This document shows positions 56,293-64,000 of a stretch of DNA of 64,000 nt, piece after piece. The stretch covers positions 2,898 to 66,897 of the forward strand of contig DASQIK010000023.1 in NCBI GenBank assembly GCA_035631615.1, given 5' to 3'. The stretch is from Candidatus Dormiibacterota bacterium (lineage in GTDB: Bacteria; Chloroflexota; Limnocylindria; Limnocylindrales; CSP1-4). Position numbers and translations under genes: made by a program. Numbering within the stretch: the first letter of the stretch is position 1; every line of letters starts with the position of its first letter. The notes beneath the pieces were generated by a model. The model saw only the letters and a list, made by a program, of their open reading frames with translations, did not search any database and was not told the DNA's origin.

Positions 56293-57459
56293 GTGATCCC
56301 CGATCCCGAGCGCGATGCACTCGACGTCCGCCCGTCGGCGGACGAGATGCTGGCTCGCGTCCAGGAGGAAGGCGGCGCCGGCGGGCGGGGACGGCTACGC
56401 GTCTACCTGGGCATGGCTCCGGGGGTCGGCAAGACGTGGAAGATGCTCGAGGAGGGCCATCGCCGCCTCGCCCGCGGCACCGATCTCGCGGTCGGGTTCG
56501 TCGAGGCGCACGGGCGGCCGAGGACGGCCGAGCTCCTCGACGGCCTCGAGCTCGTTCCCCGCCGGCACATCGAATACCGCGGCGTCGTGATCGAGGAGAT
56601 GGACACGGACGCGATCCTGGAGCGCAATCCGACCGTGGCGCTCGTCGATGAGCTGGCCCACACCAACGTCCCGGGGTCCGCGCGAGCGAAGCGTTGGGAG
56701 GATGTCGAGGTCCTCCGCGATGCCGGCATCCACGTCGTGAGCACGATGAACGTCCAGCACCTCGAGAGCGTCGCCGACGCAGTCGCGACGATCACCGGCG
56801 CACCGGTCAACGAGCGGCTCCCGGACGACGTGCTCCTAGGCGCCGATGAGATCGAGCTCGTGGACATGAGCCCGCACGCCCTGCGCCAGCGGATGAAGCA
56901 CGGGAACGTGTACCCGCCCGACCGCGTCGCAGTCGCGCTCGAGAAGTTTTTCACCGAGGCCAACCTGACGGCCCTCCGCGAGCTGGCCCTTCGCTTCGTC
57001 GCCGAACGCGTCGAGGGCCAGCTGGAGGGCAGCATTGCGGGGCAGCAGCTGCCCCTCGTCACCGAGCGCGTCGTCGTCCTCGTCGACGGGAGCCCTGCGT
57101 CCCTCCGGGCCATCCGGCGCGGCGCCCGGCTGGCGGGCGCGATCCATGCGGCGCTCGTCGCGGTCGTGATCGAGACGCCGGCCCTGGAGCGGCAGCCCTT
57201 CGACGAGCGACGAAACCTCCAGGAGGTGATCGACGACGCCGTCGATCTCGGGGCAGACATCGTCAGGGTGGAGGCGACCGACGTCGTCGCTGGACTCGAG
57301 CAGGTCGCGAAGGCCCGCCGTGCGACCCATCTCGTGCTGCCGCATCGGCCGGCCGGCGGGCTGCGTCGCGTGCTCGAACGGCCGGTCCTCGATCGCCTGA
57401 TCGAGCGGCTGCCGGAGGTCGAGATCCACCTCGTCGGCCCGACGGCGCGAGGCACCTAG
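56293..57459 (+). CDS. stand-alone KdpD N-terminal sensor domain plus Usp domain protein
   Basis: GTG start 10 nt after the kdpC stop. KdpD-N motifs GMAPGVGKTWKML, VDELAHTN, NVQHLES, then a Usp-like domain. No TM or kinase domains. Confidence 0.85.
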   Translation: MIPDPERDALDVRPSADEMLARVQEEGGAGGRGRLRVYLGMAPGVGKTWKMLEEGHRRLARGTDLAVGFVEAHGRPRTAELLDGLELVPRRHIEYRGVVIEEMDTDAILERNPTVALVDELAHTNVPGSARAKRWEDVEVLRDAGIHVVSTMNVQHLESVADAVATITGAPVNERLPDDVLLGADEIELVDMSPHALRQRMKHGNVYPPDRVAVALEKFFTEANLTALRELALRFVAERVEGQLEGSIAGQQLPLVTERVVVLVDGSPASLRAIRRGARLAGAIHAALVAVVIETPALERQPFDERRNLQEVIDDAVDLGADIVRVEATDVVAGLEQVAKARRATHLVLPHRPAGGLRRVLERPVLDRLIERLPEVEIHLVGPTARGT

Positions 57460-57477
57460 CCAGGTGGCCGGCGCCAC

Positions 57478-59475
57478 ATGACCGATCGCGAACCTGGCAC
57501 CGGTTCGCGGGGCCTGCGTGGGCGGCGGATCGGCGACCGGCGGGTCCGGGTGGCACGGCCGCATACCACCTACTTCCGGTACGTCGCGCCGGGGATCCTG
57601 AGCGCCAAGCCCGCCGCGACGGCGCCGACGAGACCGATCGATCGGCTGATCGCAGGGACGCGCCATGCGCTGTTCGGGCGCGCGCTCGCCTCCGAGCAGG
57701 AGATCGAGGAGCGCCTGCCGATCTGGAAGGCGCTGGCGACGTTCTCCAGCGACAACCTCTCCTCGGTGGCCTACGCCACCGAGGCGATCATGTTCACGCT
57801 CCTCGCCGCCGGAACCGGCGCGTTCTGGCTGGTGATGCCGATCTCCGGCCTGATCATCACGATCTTCATCATCATCGTGATCAGCTACCGCCAGACGATC
57901 CGGGCCTACCCGAGTGGCGGCGGCAGCTACATCGTCGCGAAGGACAACCTCGGCACGCCGCCCGCGCTGCTCGCCGCTGCGGCGCTGCTGACCGACTACG
58001 TGCTCACCGTCTCGGTGAGCGTGGCTGCCGGGATCGCGGCGATCCTGTCGGCCTTTCCGGGCCAGCTCGACAGCCTGCGCGTCCCACTCTGCGTCGGCGC
58101 GATCGTCTTCGTGACGCTGATCAATCTGCGCGGCGTCCGCGAGAGCGGCACCGTCTTCGCGCTGCCGACCTATCTCTTCCTGGCGACGACCCTCGCCCTG
58201 ATCGCGATCGGCATCGGCCGAACGCTGCTGGGCGATACGCCGCATGTGACCGGGGTCACGACGTTCACCACGCCGGTAGAGGGGCTCGGCGTGCTGCTGC
58301 TCATGCGCGCCTTCGCCGACGGCTGCAGCGCGATCACCGGCGTGGAAGCCGTCTCGAACGGGGTGCCCGCGTTCAAGCCGCCGGAGTGGCGCAACGCCCG
58401 GACCACGCTGACGATCATGGGCGTCCTGGTCGCCGTGATGTTCCTCGGTCTCTCCTACCTGGCCGGCGTGGTCGGTGCGCAGCCGTCGCACACCGAGACG
58501 ATCATCTCCCAGATCGGACGGTCGGTGTACGGCACGGGCCCGATCTACTACGTCTTCCAGCTCGCGACGACCGGCATCCTCGTGCTCGCCGCGAACACGA
58601 GCTACGCCGACTTCCCGCGCCTCTCCTCGATCCTGGCGCGGGACGGCTTCATGCCCCACCGGTTCGCGTTCCGCGGCGAGCGCCTGTCGTTCAACGCGGG
58701 GATCATCGTGCTGGCGATCTCGGCGATCGCCGTGGTCGTCGCGTTCGGCGGGTTCGTCGACGCCCTGATCCCGCTGTACGCCATCGGCGTGTTCACCTCG
58801 ATCACCCTGTCACAGGCAGGCATGGTCCGGCACTGGCTGCGGATCCGCGAACCCGGTTGGCGGCGAAGCGCCCTGATCAACGGCGTCGGTGCGGTCTCGA
58901 CCGGGATCGTCTCGATCATCTTCGCGGTCGCGAAGTTCGCGCTCGGTGCCTGGCTGATCATCGTGATCATCCCGATCCTCGTGGCCCTGATGCTGTTCGT
59001 GCAGCGCCAATACGAGCGGCGACGCCTGGAGACCCTGGTCCGACCGGAAGCGATCATCGGCGCGCCGAGCCGGCGGCAGCACGTGGTCGTGCCCGTGCCG
59101 GAGGTGACCCGCGAGGTGGTCCAGGCGATCAAGTTCGGTCGGACGATGTCGAACGACGTCGCGGCGGTCCATATCACCGACGATCTCGAGCGGGGCGAGG
59201 CGCTGCGGGCGCGGTTCGAGCGCCAGATCCCGGACGTCCCGTTCGTGGTCATCGAGTCGCCGTACCGGCAGCTCGTGACCCCGCTGATCCGGTACCTGGA
59301 CTTCGTGGCCGGTCAGGCGGAGGAGGACATCGTGGTCGTGCTTCTGCCTGAATACGTCCCCCGCCACTTCTGGGAGCGCTACCTCTACAACGACAACGGC
59401 GAGCGGATCCGCGACGGGCTGCTCGGCAGGGCAAACATCCTGATCGCCGAGGTCCCGTACCGCCGCGAGAAGTGA
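57478..59475 (+). CDS. large APC-superfamily permease with a cytoplasmic C-terminal domain (paralog of 44845..46929)
   Basis: 665 aa. RRVRVARPHTTYFRY, FSSDNLSSVAYATEA, GGGSYIVA, and C-terminal VIESPYRQLVTPLIRYLD. It starts 18 nt after the KdpD-N gene. Confidence 0.85.
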   Translation: MTDREPGTGSRGLRGRRIGDRRVRVARPHTTYFRYVAPGILSAKPAATAPTRPIDRLIAGTRHALFGRALASEQEIEERLPIWKALATFSSDNLSSVAYATEAIMFTLLAAGTGAFWLVMPISGLIITIFIIIVISYRQTIRAYPSGGGSYIVAKDNLGTPPALLAAAALLTDYVLTVSVSVAAGIAAILSAFPGQLDSLRVPLCVGAIVFVTLINLRGVRESGTVFALPTYLFLATTLALIAIGIGRTLLGDTPHVTGVTTFTTPVEGLGVLLLMRAFADGCSAITGVEAVSNGVPAFKPPEWRNARTTLTIMGVLVAVMFLGLSYLAGVVGAQPSHTETIISQIGRSVYGTGPIYYVFQLATTGILVLAANTSYADFPRLSSILARDGFMPHRFAFRGERLSFNAGIIVLAISAIAVVVAFGGFVDALIPLYAIGVFTSITLSQAGMVRHWLRIREPGWRRSALINGVGAVSTGIVSIIFAVAKFALGAWLIIVIIPILVALMLFVQRQYERRRLETLVRPEAIIGAPSRRQHVVVPVPEVTREVVQAIKFGRTMSNDVAAVHITDDLERGEALRARFERQIPDVPFVVIESPYRQLVTPLIRYLDFVAGQAEEDIVVVLLPEYVPRHFWERYLYNDNGERIRDGLLGRANILIAEVPYRREK

Positions 59476-59477
59476 CC

Positions 59478-60620
59478 TCAGACCCGTAGGCGCCCGTTGG
59501 CGCGCATGACCTCCACGAGCCGGTCGTGCGGCAGCCGGTTGGCGGTGATGCCGTCGCGTCCGGTCATCGTCTCCGCGGCGACGAGGGCGTTGACGATGGC
59601 CTCCTCCGTCGCCTCGACGGTCGCCTCGATGAGCGGGTCGAGGGCGCGATCGACGAGGCCGCGGATCGCGATGACGCCGTCGCCGTCGGCGTCGTGCTCG
59701 GTGGCGGGCATGCCGCGATTGCCTGTCGAGAAGCACAGGAACAGGTCGCCCGAGGTGGTCGAGCCGAGGCCGCCGGTTCGCGCCACGCCGAGCGGCGCCC
59801 GGCGCGCGAGTCGGGCGCACTGGTGGGGCATCAGGGGCGCGTTCGTCGCGACGATGCCGATGATCGAGCCGGCGCCCGGGCCGCGGTCGGCGGGGGCACG
59901 GCGTTCGGCGCCGTACGGCGACGCGACCTCGGAGGTGGGAATCGCCGCTCCGACCGGCACGCCGTCGATGCGCAGCAGCTCGCGCCGGCCGTAGTTGGCC
60001 TGGACGAGCACCCCCACGGTCCAGCCGCCGAGCTCGGTGGCGATTCGTCGCGACGCGGTCCCGATGCCGCCCTTGAACTCGTGGCAGATCATGCCCGTCC
60101 CGCCGCCGACGTTGCCCTCATCGACATGTCCGCCGCTCGCCCCCGCGAGCGCGGCCAGGACGTGCTCGCGTCGCACGTGGTCACCCGCGATGTCGTTCAG
60201 CAGGCCGTCCCACGTCTCGCCGGCGACCGGCAGGGTCCAATGAACCGCGTCCGGCTCGTGCGACGCGGCCGCCGAGGCGACGAGCGCGTCGCGCACCGTG
60301 CCGACCTGGTTCGTGTTCGTGATCCCGATCGGGCCGGTGAGGAGGCCCGCCTCCCGGATCCACTCGAGGCCGGTCAGCTCGCCGTTGCCGTTCAGCGTGG
60401 CGGCGCCCGCGAAGAGCGGCTCCACCCAGACGTCGCCGTCGTGGGGCAGGATCACGGTCACCCCGGTCCGGACGGGACCCGTGCCCATCACGAGCCGGCC
60501 GTCGCCGGAGATCAGCGTCGTGTGGCCGACACGGACCCCAGCGACGTCGGTGATCGCATTGTGCGGGCCGGGCTGGCCCTCGCCGATGACGATGCCGAGG
60601 TCGCGGGCGCGCGTGTGCAC
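59478..60620 (-). CDS. DmpA/P1-family (S58) aminopeptidase
   Basis: GPHNAITDVAGVRVGH, NVGGGTGMICHEFKGGIGTAS, IVATNAPL. Confidence 0.85.
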   Translation of the reverse strand: MHTRARDLGIVIGEGQPGPHNAITDVAGVRVGHTTLISGDGRLVMGTGPVRTGVTVILPHDGDVWVEPLFAGAATLNGNGELTGLEWIREAGLLTGPIGITNTNQVGTVRDALVASAAASHEPDAVHWTLPVAGETWDGLLNDIAGDHVRREHVLAALAGASGGHVDEGNVGGGTGMICHEFKGGIGTASRRIATELGGWTVGVLVQANYGRRELLRIDGVPVGAAIPTSEVASPYGAERRAPADRGPGAGSIIGIVATNAPLMPHQCARLARRAPLGVARTGGLGSTTSGDLFLCFSTGNRGMPATEHDADGDGVIAIRGLVDRALDPLIEATVEATEEAIVNALVAAETMTGRDGITANRLPHDRLVEVMRANGRLRV

Positions 60621-60629
60621 CGCGGGTTC

Positions 60630-61313
60630 TCAGTCGGCCTGGGTCGTCGACACGATGTCGACGCCGTCGATGTGCGAGATGTCGTCGATCGCCGCTGCGA
60701 TCGTGCTCGCGTTGCGGCCGCGGACGGTCACGTCGGCCTGGTAGCTGTCCTGTGCGAGGCGCTGCGTCGCAATCTGGCCGATCTCGAGCTTGTGGAGCAC
60801 CAGGACCTCGGACACCTGGCCGAGCGAGTCGACCCGCTTCATCGCCAGCCGCAGCTGCGACTCGGGGATGCTCGTGCCGTGCAGCCGATCCGCGATGGCG
60901 TTGATCGGCCACAGGCTGACCAGGATCACGGCCGCCGCGACCGCACCGATCACGTATTCGCCGGCGCCCGTGGCCATGCCCACCGCGGAGGTCGCCCACA
61001 GGCTCGCAGCCGTCGTCAGGCCGCGGATGACGATGCCGTCCTTGAGGATCGCGCCCGCGCCGAGGAAGCCGATGCCCGACACGATCTGGGCCGCGATGCG
61101 CGTCGGGTCGACCGGCCCCGCCCCGGTCGCCTTGTCGAGGAAGCCGTCGATCGAGAGCACCGTGAACAGCGCCGATCCGAGGGCCACCAGCATGTGGGTC
61201 CGCAGCCCGGCCGGGTGGCCGTGGATCTCCCGCTCGAACCCGATCGCGAGGCCCAGCCCGGCGGCCACGAGCAGCCGCACCGAGAGGTCCACCTGGAGCG
61301 CCACGTCGATCAT
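60630..61313 (-). CDS. MgtC/SapB family membrane protein
   Basis: LGLAIGFEREIHGHPAGLRTHMLV and GIGFLGAGAI motifs, plus a C-terminal ACT-like domain. Confidence 0.9.
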   Translation of the reverse strand: MIDVALQVDLSVRLLVAAGLGLAIGFEREIHGHPAGLRTHMLVALGSALFTVLSIDGFLDKATGAGPVDPTRIAAQIVSGIGFLGAGAILKDGIVIRGLTTAASLWATSAVGMATGAGEYVIGAVAAAVILVSLWPINAIADRLHGTSIPESQLRLAMKRVDSLGQVSEVLVLHKLEIGQIATQRLAQDSYQADVTVRGRNASTIAAAIDDISHIDGVDIVSTTQAD

Positions 61314-61419
61314 CGCGGAAGGGTACTCGCGGCGATCCCCGGAGCGCGGGTCGCGCCGTCACGCTCGGTGCATGATGAGCGCGTCGAGCAATGCTCCCCC
61401 GCACCAGAGGAAGGCAGCG

Positions 61420-61941
61420 ATGACCGCTCCGAGCGAAGCAGCCACGTCCACGCCGCGCGGCAGGCGAGTGCGACGACCGCCCAGCCTCCACCCCGTCAAC
61501 CGGGCGATACTCGACGAGGCGCCGCTCGGCGCGCGGATCGCCGATGCCGTGACCGGCTTCATGGGCAGCTGGAAGTTCATCATCGTCCAGACAGTCATCG
61601 TCTTCATCTGGATCGGCGCGAACGTATACCTGCTGAGCATCCCATTCGATCCGTACCCGTTCATCCTCCTGAACCTGGCCTTCTCGACGCAGGCGGCCTA
61701 TGCCGCCCCGCTGATCCTCCTCGCCGGGAACCGGCAGGCGCTTCGCGATCGCCTGACGCTCGAGCACACGGCGTCCGAGGCGGACATCGAGGAACGGCAG
61801 AACGTCGAGCTCCTGAAGGGCAACAAGGAGCTGTCGGAGAGCAACCAGGCGATTCTCAAGCAGGTCGAGTCGCTCGAGCAGCGCATCCTGGACCTCGAAA
61901 CGAACATTCTCGCCCGCCTCGACGGCAAGCCGCAGGCGTAG
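61420..61941 (+). CDS. DUF1003 domain-containing membrane protein
   Basis: The ATG at 61420 is preceded by GAGGAAGG. Motifs GSWKFIIVQTVIVFIWI and ILLNLAFSTQAAYAAPLILLAGNRQ, with a coiled-coil tail. An alternative start lies at 61372. Confidence 0.75.
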   Translation: MTAPSEAATSTPRGRRVRRPPSLHPVNRAILDEAPLGARIADAVTGFMGSWKFIIVQTVIVFIWIGANVYLLSIPFDPYPFILLNLAFSTQAAYAAPLILLAGNRQALRDRLTLEHTASEADIEERQNVELLKGNKELSESNQAILKQVESLEQRILDLETNILARLDGKPQA

Positions 61942-62014
61942 GCCCGACGCCGCCCTTCGCCGATGCTCGCGCCAGTCAGCGTGCCGTCATGGAGCCGCGC
62001 CTAGGCTTGCGCTC

Positions 62015-63640
62015 ATGAGGAGCTTTGGGCCCGGCTCGCGCCTGGCGTTCGCGGGGGCCGTCGCGATCGGCGCGGCCCTCGCCACCGGGGAGCTGCTGGC
62101 CGGCGTCCTTCCGGACGTGCCGTCGCCGCTCGTCGCGGTCGCGCAGTTCATCGTCGACGTCCAGCCCGCCGGCGCGAAGGAGATCGTGGTCGGGCTGTTC
62201 GGAACCTCCGACAAGCTCGCGTTCCAGGTGTTCATCGTGCTGGTCGCGCTGGTCGTCGGCGCCCTCCTGGGGCGGGTGGCCTCGAAGCGGCCGGACGTCG
62301 CCGCTGCAGTCGTTGTTGCCTTCGTCGCCGCCGGCTTTGCCGCGTCCCTGCGCCTCCCGGCGGCGAGCGCTGTGCTCGTTGCCTCCGCCGCGGCCGTCGA
62401 GGCGCTGGTCGGGATCTTCGTCCTGCGCCGGCTCGTTGCCCTGGCGATCGAGCCCGCCACGCCAGGCCGCGTGGTTCGCCCTCCGCAGCCGGCCGACGGC
62501 CGGCCGCGAGTCGAGGGCCAGCAACGTGGGGCCAATGCGGCGCGGCGCGGCTCCATGCCGGATTGGAGCCGCCGGGCGCTGCTCCAGGCAGGGGGTGCCA
62601 TCGCCATCGGCTCCGTGTTCGCCGGCGCCATCGGCCGGATGCTCCTCGCGCAGACGCGCGGTCCTGCCCCGGCTGCCGGCGACATCCCGGTCGCCCCGCA
62701 GCCCGTCTCGCTGCCGCCCGGCGCGGACATCGCGACGGCGGACCTGACCACCGCGGGCCTGACCCCGATCGTGGAGCCGAACACCCTCTTCTATCGCATC
62801 GACACTGCGCTCATCGTGCCGAACGTCGACCGGGCGACGTGGAAGCTGCGCATCTTCGGGCTCGTGGACCGCGAGATCACGCTGACCTACGACGAGCTCG
62901 TTGCGCTCCCGATCATCGAGCAGTACGTGACCATCGCGTGCGTCTCGAACGAGGTCGGCGGGAATCTCGTCGGCAACGCGAAGTGGACCGGCGTCCCGCT
63001 CCGGACGGTGCTCGACCTGGCCGGGGTCCAGTCGACCTCGGACCAGCTCGTCGGCCGATCCGTCGACGGGTTCACCGTCGGCATGCCCGTCGAGTGGGTG
63101 ATGGACCAGTCCAGGGTCCCGATGATCGCGGTCGGGATGAACGGCGCTCCGCTGCCGCCCGAGCACGGCTACCCGGCGCGGCTCATCGTCCCGGGCCTGT
63201 ACGGCTACGTCTCCGCCACGAAGTGGGTGACCGAGCTGGAGCTGACCACGTTCGACCGGTTCCAGGCGTTCTGGGTGCCGCGCGGCTGGGCCCAGAAGGC
63301 GCCGATCCTGACCCAGTCGCGGATCGATGTCCCGCAGTCGGGCGCGACCGTCAAGGCCGGCCATGTGGCGGTCGCCGGCGTCGCCTGGGCGCCGGACCGC
63401 GGCATCACGCGCGTCGAGGTCAGCGTCGATGGCGGCGACTGGTCGCCGACGAAGCTGTCCACGCCGATCTCGAAGGCGACCTGGGTCCAGTGGCTGTACG
63501 ACTGGACCGCGTCGCCCGGCACCCATGTCATCGAGGTCCGGGCGACCGACGGCACCGGCGACGTCCAGACAGACCAGCAGACGCCACCCGCGCCCGATGG
63601 CGCCCGCGGCCACCACCAGGTCCAGGTCTCGGTGGCCTGA
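62015..63640 (+). CDS. membrane-anchored sulfite-oxidase-family molybdopterin oxidoreductase
   Basis: N-terminal polytopic region, a TAT-like RRALLQAGG segment, then the Mo domain (IACVSNEVGG, EHGYPARLIVPGLYGYVSATKWV) and a dimerisation/Ig-like domain. Confidence 0.85.
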   Translation: MRSFGPGSRLAFAGAVAIGAALATGELLAGVLPDVPSPLVAVAQFIVDVQPAGAKEIVVGLFGTSDKLAFQVFIVLVALVVGALLGRVASKRPDVAAAVVVAFVAAGFAASLRLPAASAVLVASAAAVEALVGIFVLRRLVALAIEPATPGRVVRPPQPADGRPRVEGQQRGANAARRGSMPDWSRRALLQAGGAIAIGSVFAGAIGRMLLAQTRGPAPAAGDIPVAPQPVSLPPGADIATADLTTAGLTPIVEPNTLFYRIDTALIVPNVDRATWKLRIFGLVDREITLTYDELVALPIIEQYVTIACVSNEVGGNLVGNAKWTGVPLRTVLDLAGVQSTSDQLVGRSVDGFTVGMPVEWVMDQSRVPMIAVGMNGAPLPPEHGYPARLIVPGLYGYVSATKWVTELELTTFDRFQAFWVPRGWAQKAPILTQSRIDVPQSGATVKAGHVAVAGVAWAPDRGITRVEVSVDGGDWSPTKLSTPISKATWVQWLYDWTASPGTHVIEVRATDGTGDVQTDQQTPPAPDGARGHHQVQVSVA

Positions 63641-63675
63641 CCGACCCCGGCCGACCTTCGCGGTACGATCGCCGC

Positions 63676-64000
63676 ATGCCACGTCGCCTCTTCGTCTTCG
63701 AGCTTCCGGACCGGTTCGCCACGGGCACCATCGGCGAGCCCGGCAACCGGGCGTTCTTCCTGCAGGCTCGCGAGGGCAGGCGGGTGATCAGCGTCGGGCT
63801 GGAGAAGGCCCAGGTAGCGGTGCTCGCCGAGCGCCTCGGCAGGCTGCTCGTGGAGCTCGACAAGCGCGGCATCGTCAAGGACCCGCCGACGCCGATCGAG
63901 CCGGACGAGAAGCCCCTCGACGAGCCGCTCAACGAGGCGTTCCGGGCGACGACCCTGACGCTCGGCTGGGACGTCGACGCCGAGCAGGTCCTGATCGAGG
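63676..64000 (+). CDS. DUF3090 domain-containing protein (5' part; continues beyond the window)
   Basis: Own translation from the ATG at 63676: MPRRLFVFELPDRFATGTIGEPGNRAFFLQAREGRRVISVGLEKAQVAVLAERL... This matches the family signature as I remember it. Confidence 0.65.
   Translation, partial: MPRRLFVFELPDRFATGTIGEPGNRAFFLQAREGRRVISVGLEKAQVAVLAERLGRLLVELDKRGIVKDPPTPIEPDEKPLDEPLNEAFRATTLTLGWDVDAEQVLIE

Noticed and set aside
59526-62018. 830-aa plus-strand ORF spanning the DmpA, MgtC and DUF1003 loci (and 61976..63682 minus opposite the Mo-oxidoreductase)
   Set aside because: It overlaps three well-supported genes on both strands and has an Arg/Asp/Gly/Pro-rich artefactual composition.

Overview
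A 64-kb, very GC-rich (about 70% by eye), gene-dense chromosomal segment with Actinomycetota/Chloroflexota-like gene content. I can support about 66 protein genes, one tRNA-Gln(CUG) and one TPP riboswitch. I saw no rRNA, CRISPR array, transposase or integrase. Many long ORFs in the track are Arg/Pro/Gly-rich antisense or out-of-frame artefacts of the high GC content. Several real genes start well inside the listed ORF, often at GTG, TTG or possibly CTG codons that overlap the upstream stop (ATGA, GTGA, TTGA, CTGA).

Main blocks, in order:
- Partial acyl-CoA dehydrogenase and a wHTH regulator.
- A minus-strand lpdA / E1-alpha / E1-beta ... E2 / globin / lipA / adenosine-deaminase cluster, interrupted by an opposite-strand XRE-HTH::PD-(D/E)XK gene.
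- A 1182-aa zinc-ribbon / class III cyclase / STAND / TPR protein.
- plsY, a secreted BNR protein and a GH26 enzyme.
- A zinc-ribbon protein with a Gly/Ser/Tyr low-complexity core, preceded by a leader hairpin that sequesters its Shine-Dalgarno sequence.
- An nnr / small membrane protein / glpD / glpK operon; a DCC protein, a MutY-like glycosylase and a HAD hydrolase.
- A TPP-riboswitch-controlled ykoEDC-type ECF transporter.
- mscL and a regulator-modA-modB operon with no modC; tRNA-Gln.
- An M14 carboxypeptidase and a proline-racemase-family protein lacking both catalytic cysteines.
- A Mo-oxidoreductase / FNR-like / zinc-ribbon triad.
- A NiCoT / Fur-family / APC-permease / GT-C operon.
- An 11-gene kdp locus; DmpA, MgtC, DUF1003, a second Mo-oxidoreductase and a partial DUF3090 gene.

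Best candidates for something undescribed:
1. The extended kdp locus. KdpD is split into two genes at opposite ends of the operon. Between kdpE and kdpA sit an 85-aa unknown protein translationally coupled to an orphan receiver, and two tandem 29-codon KdpF-like micro-ORFs. A large APC permease with a paralog elsewhere in the window follows.
2. A 391-bp non-coding gap between two convergent genes, containing a 17-bp long-range inverted repeat.
3. The XRE-HTH::PD-(D/E)XK gene inserted into the 2-oxoacid dehydrogenase operon.

All functional calls rest on motif recognition by eye. No database search was run.
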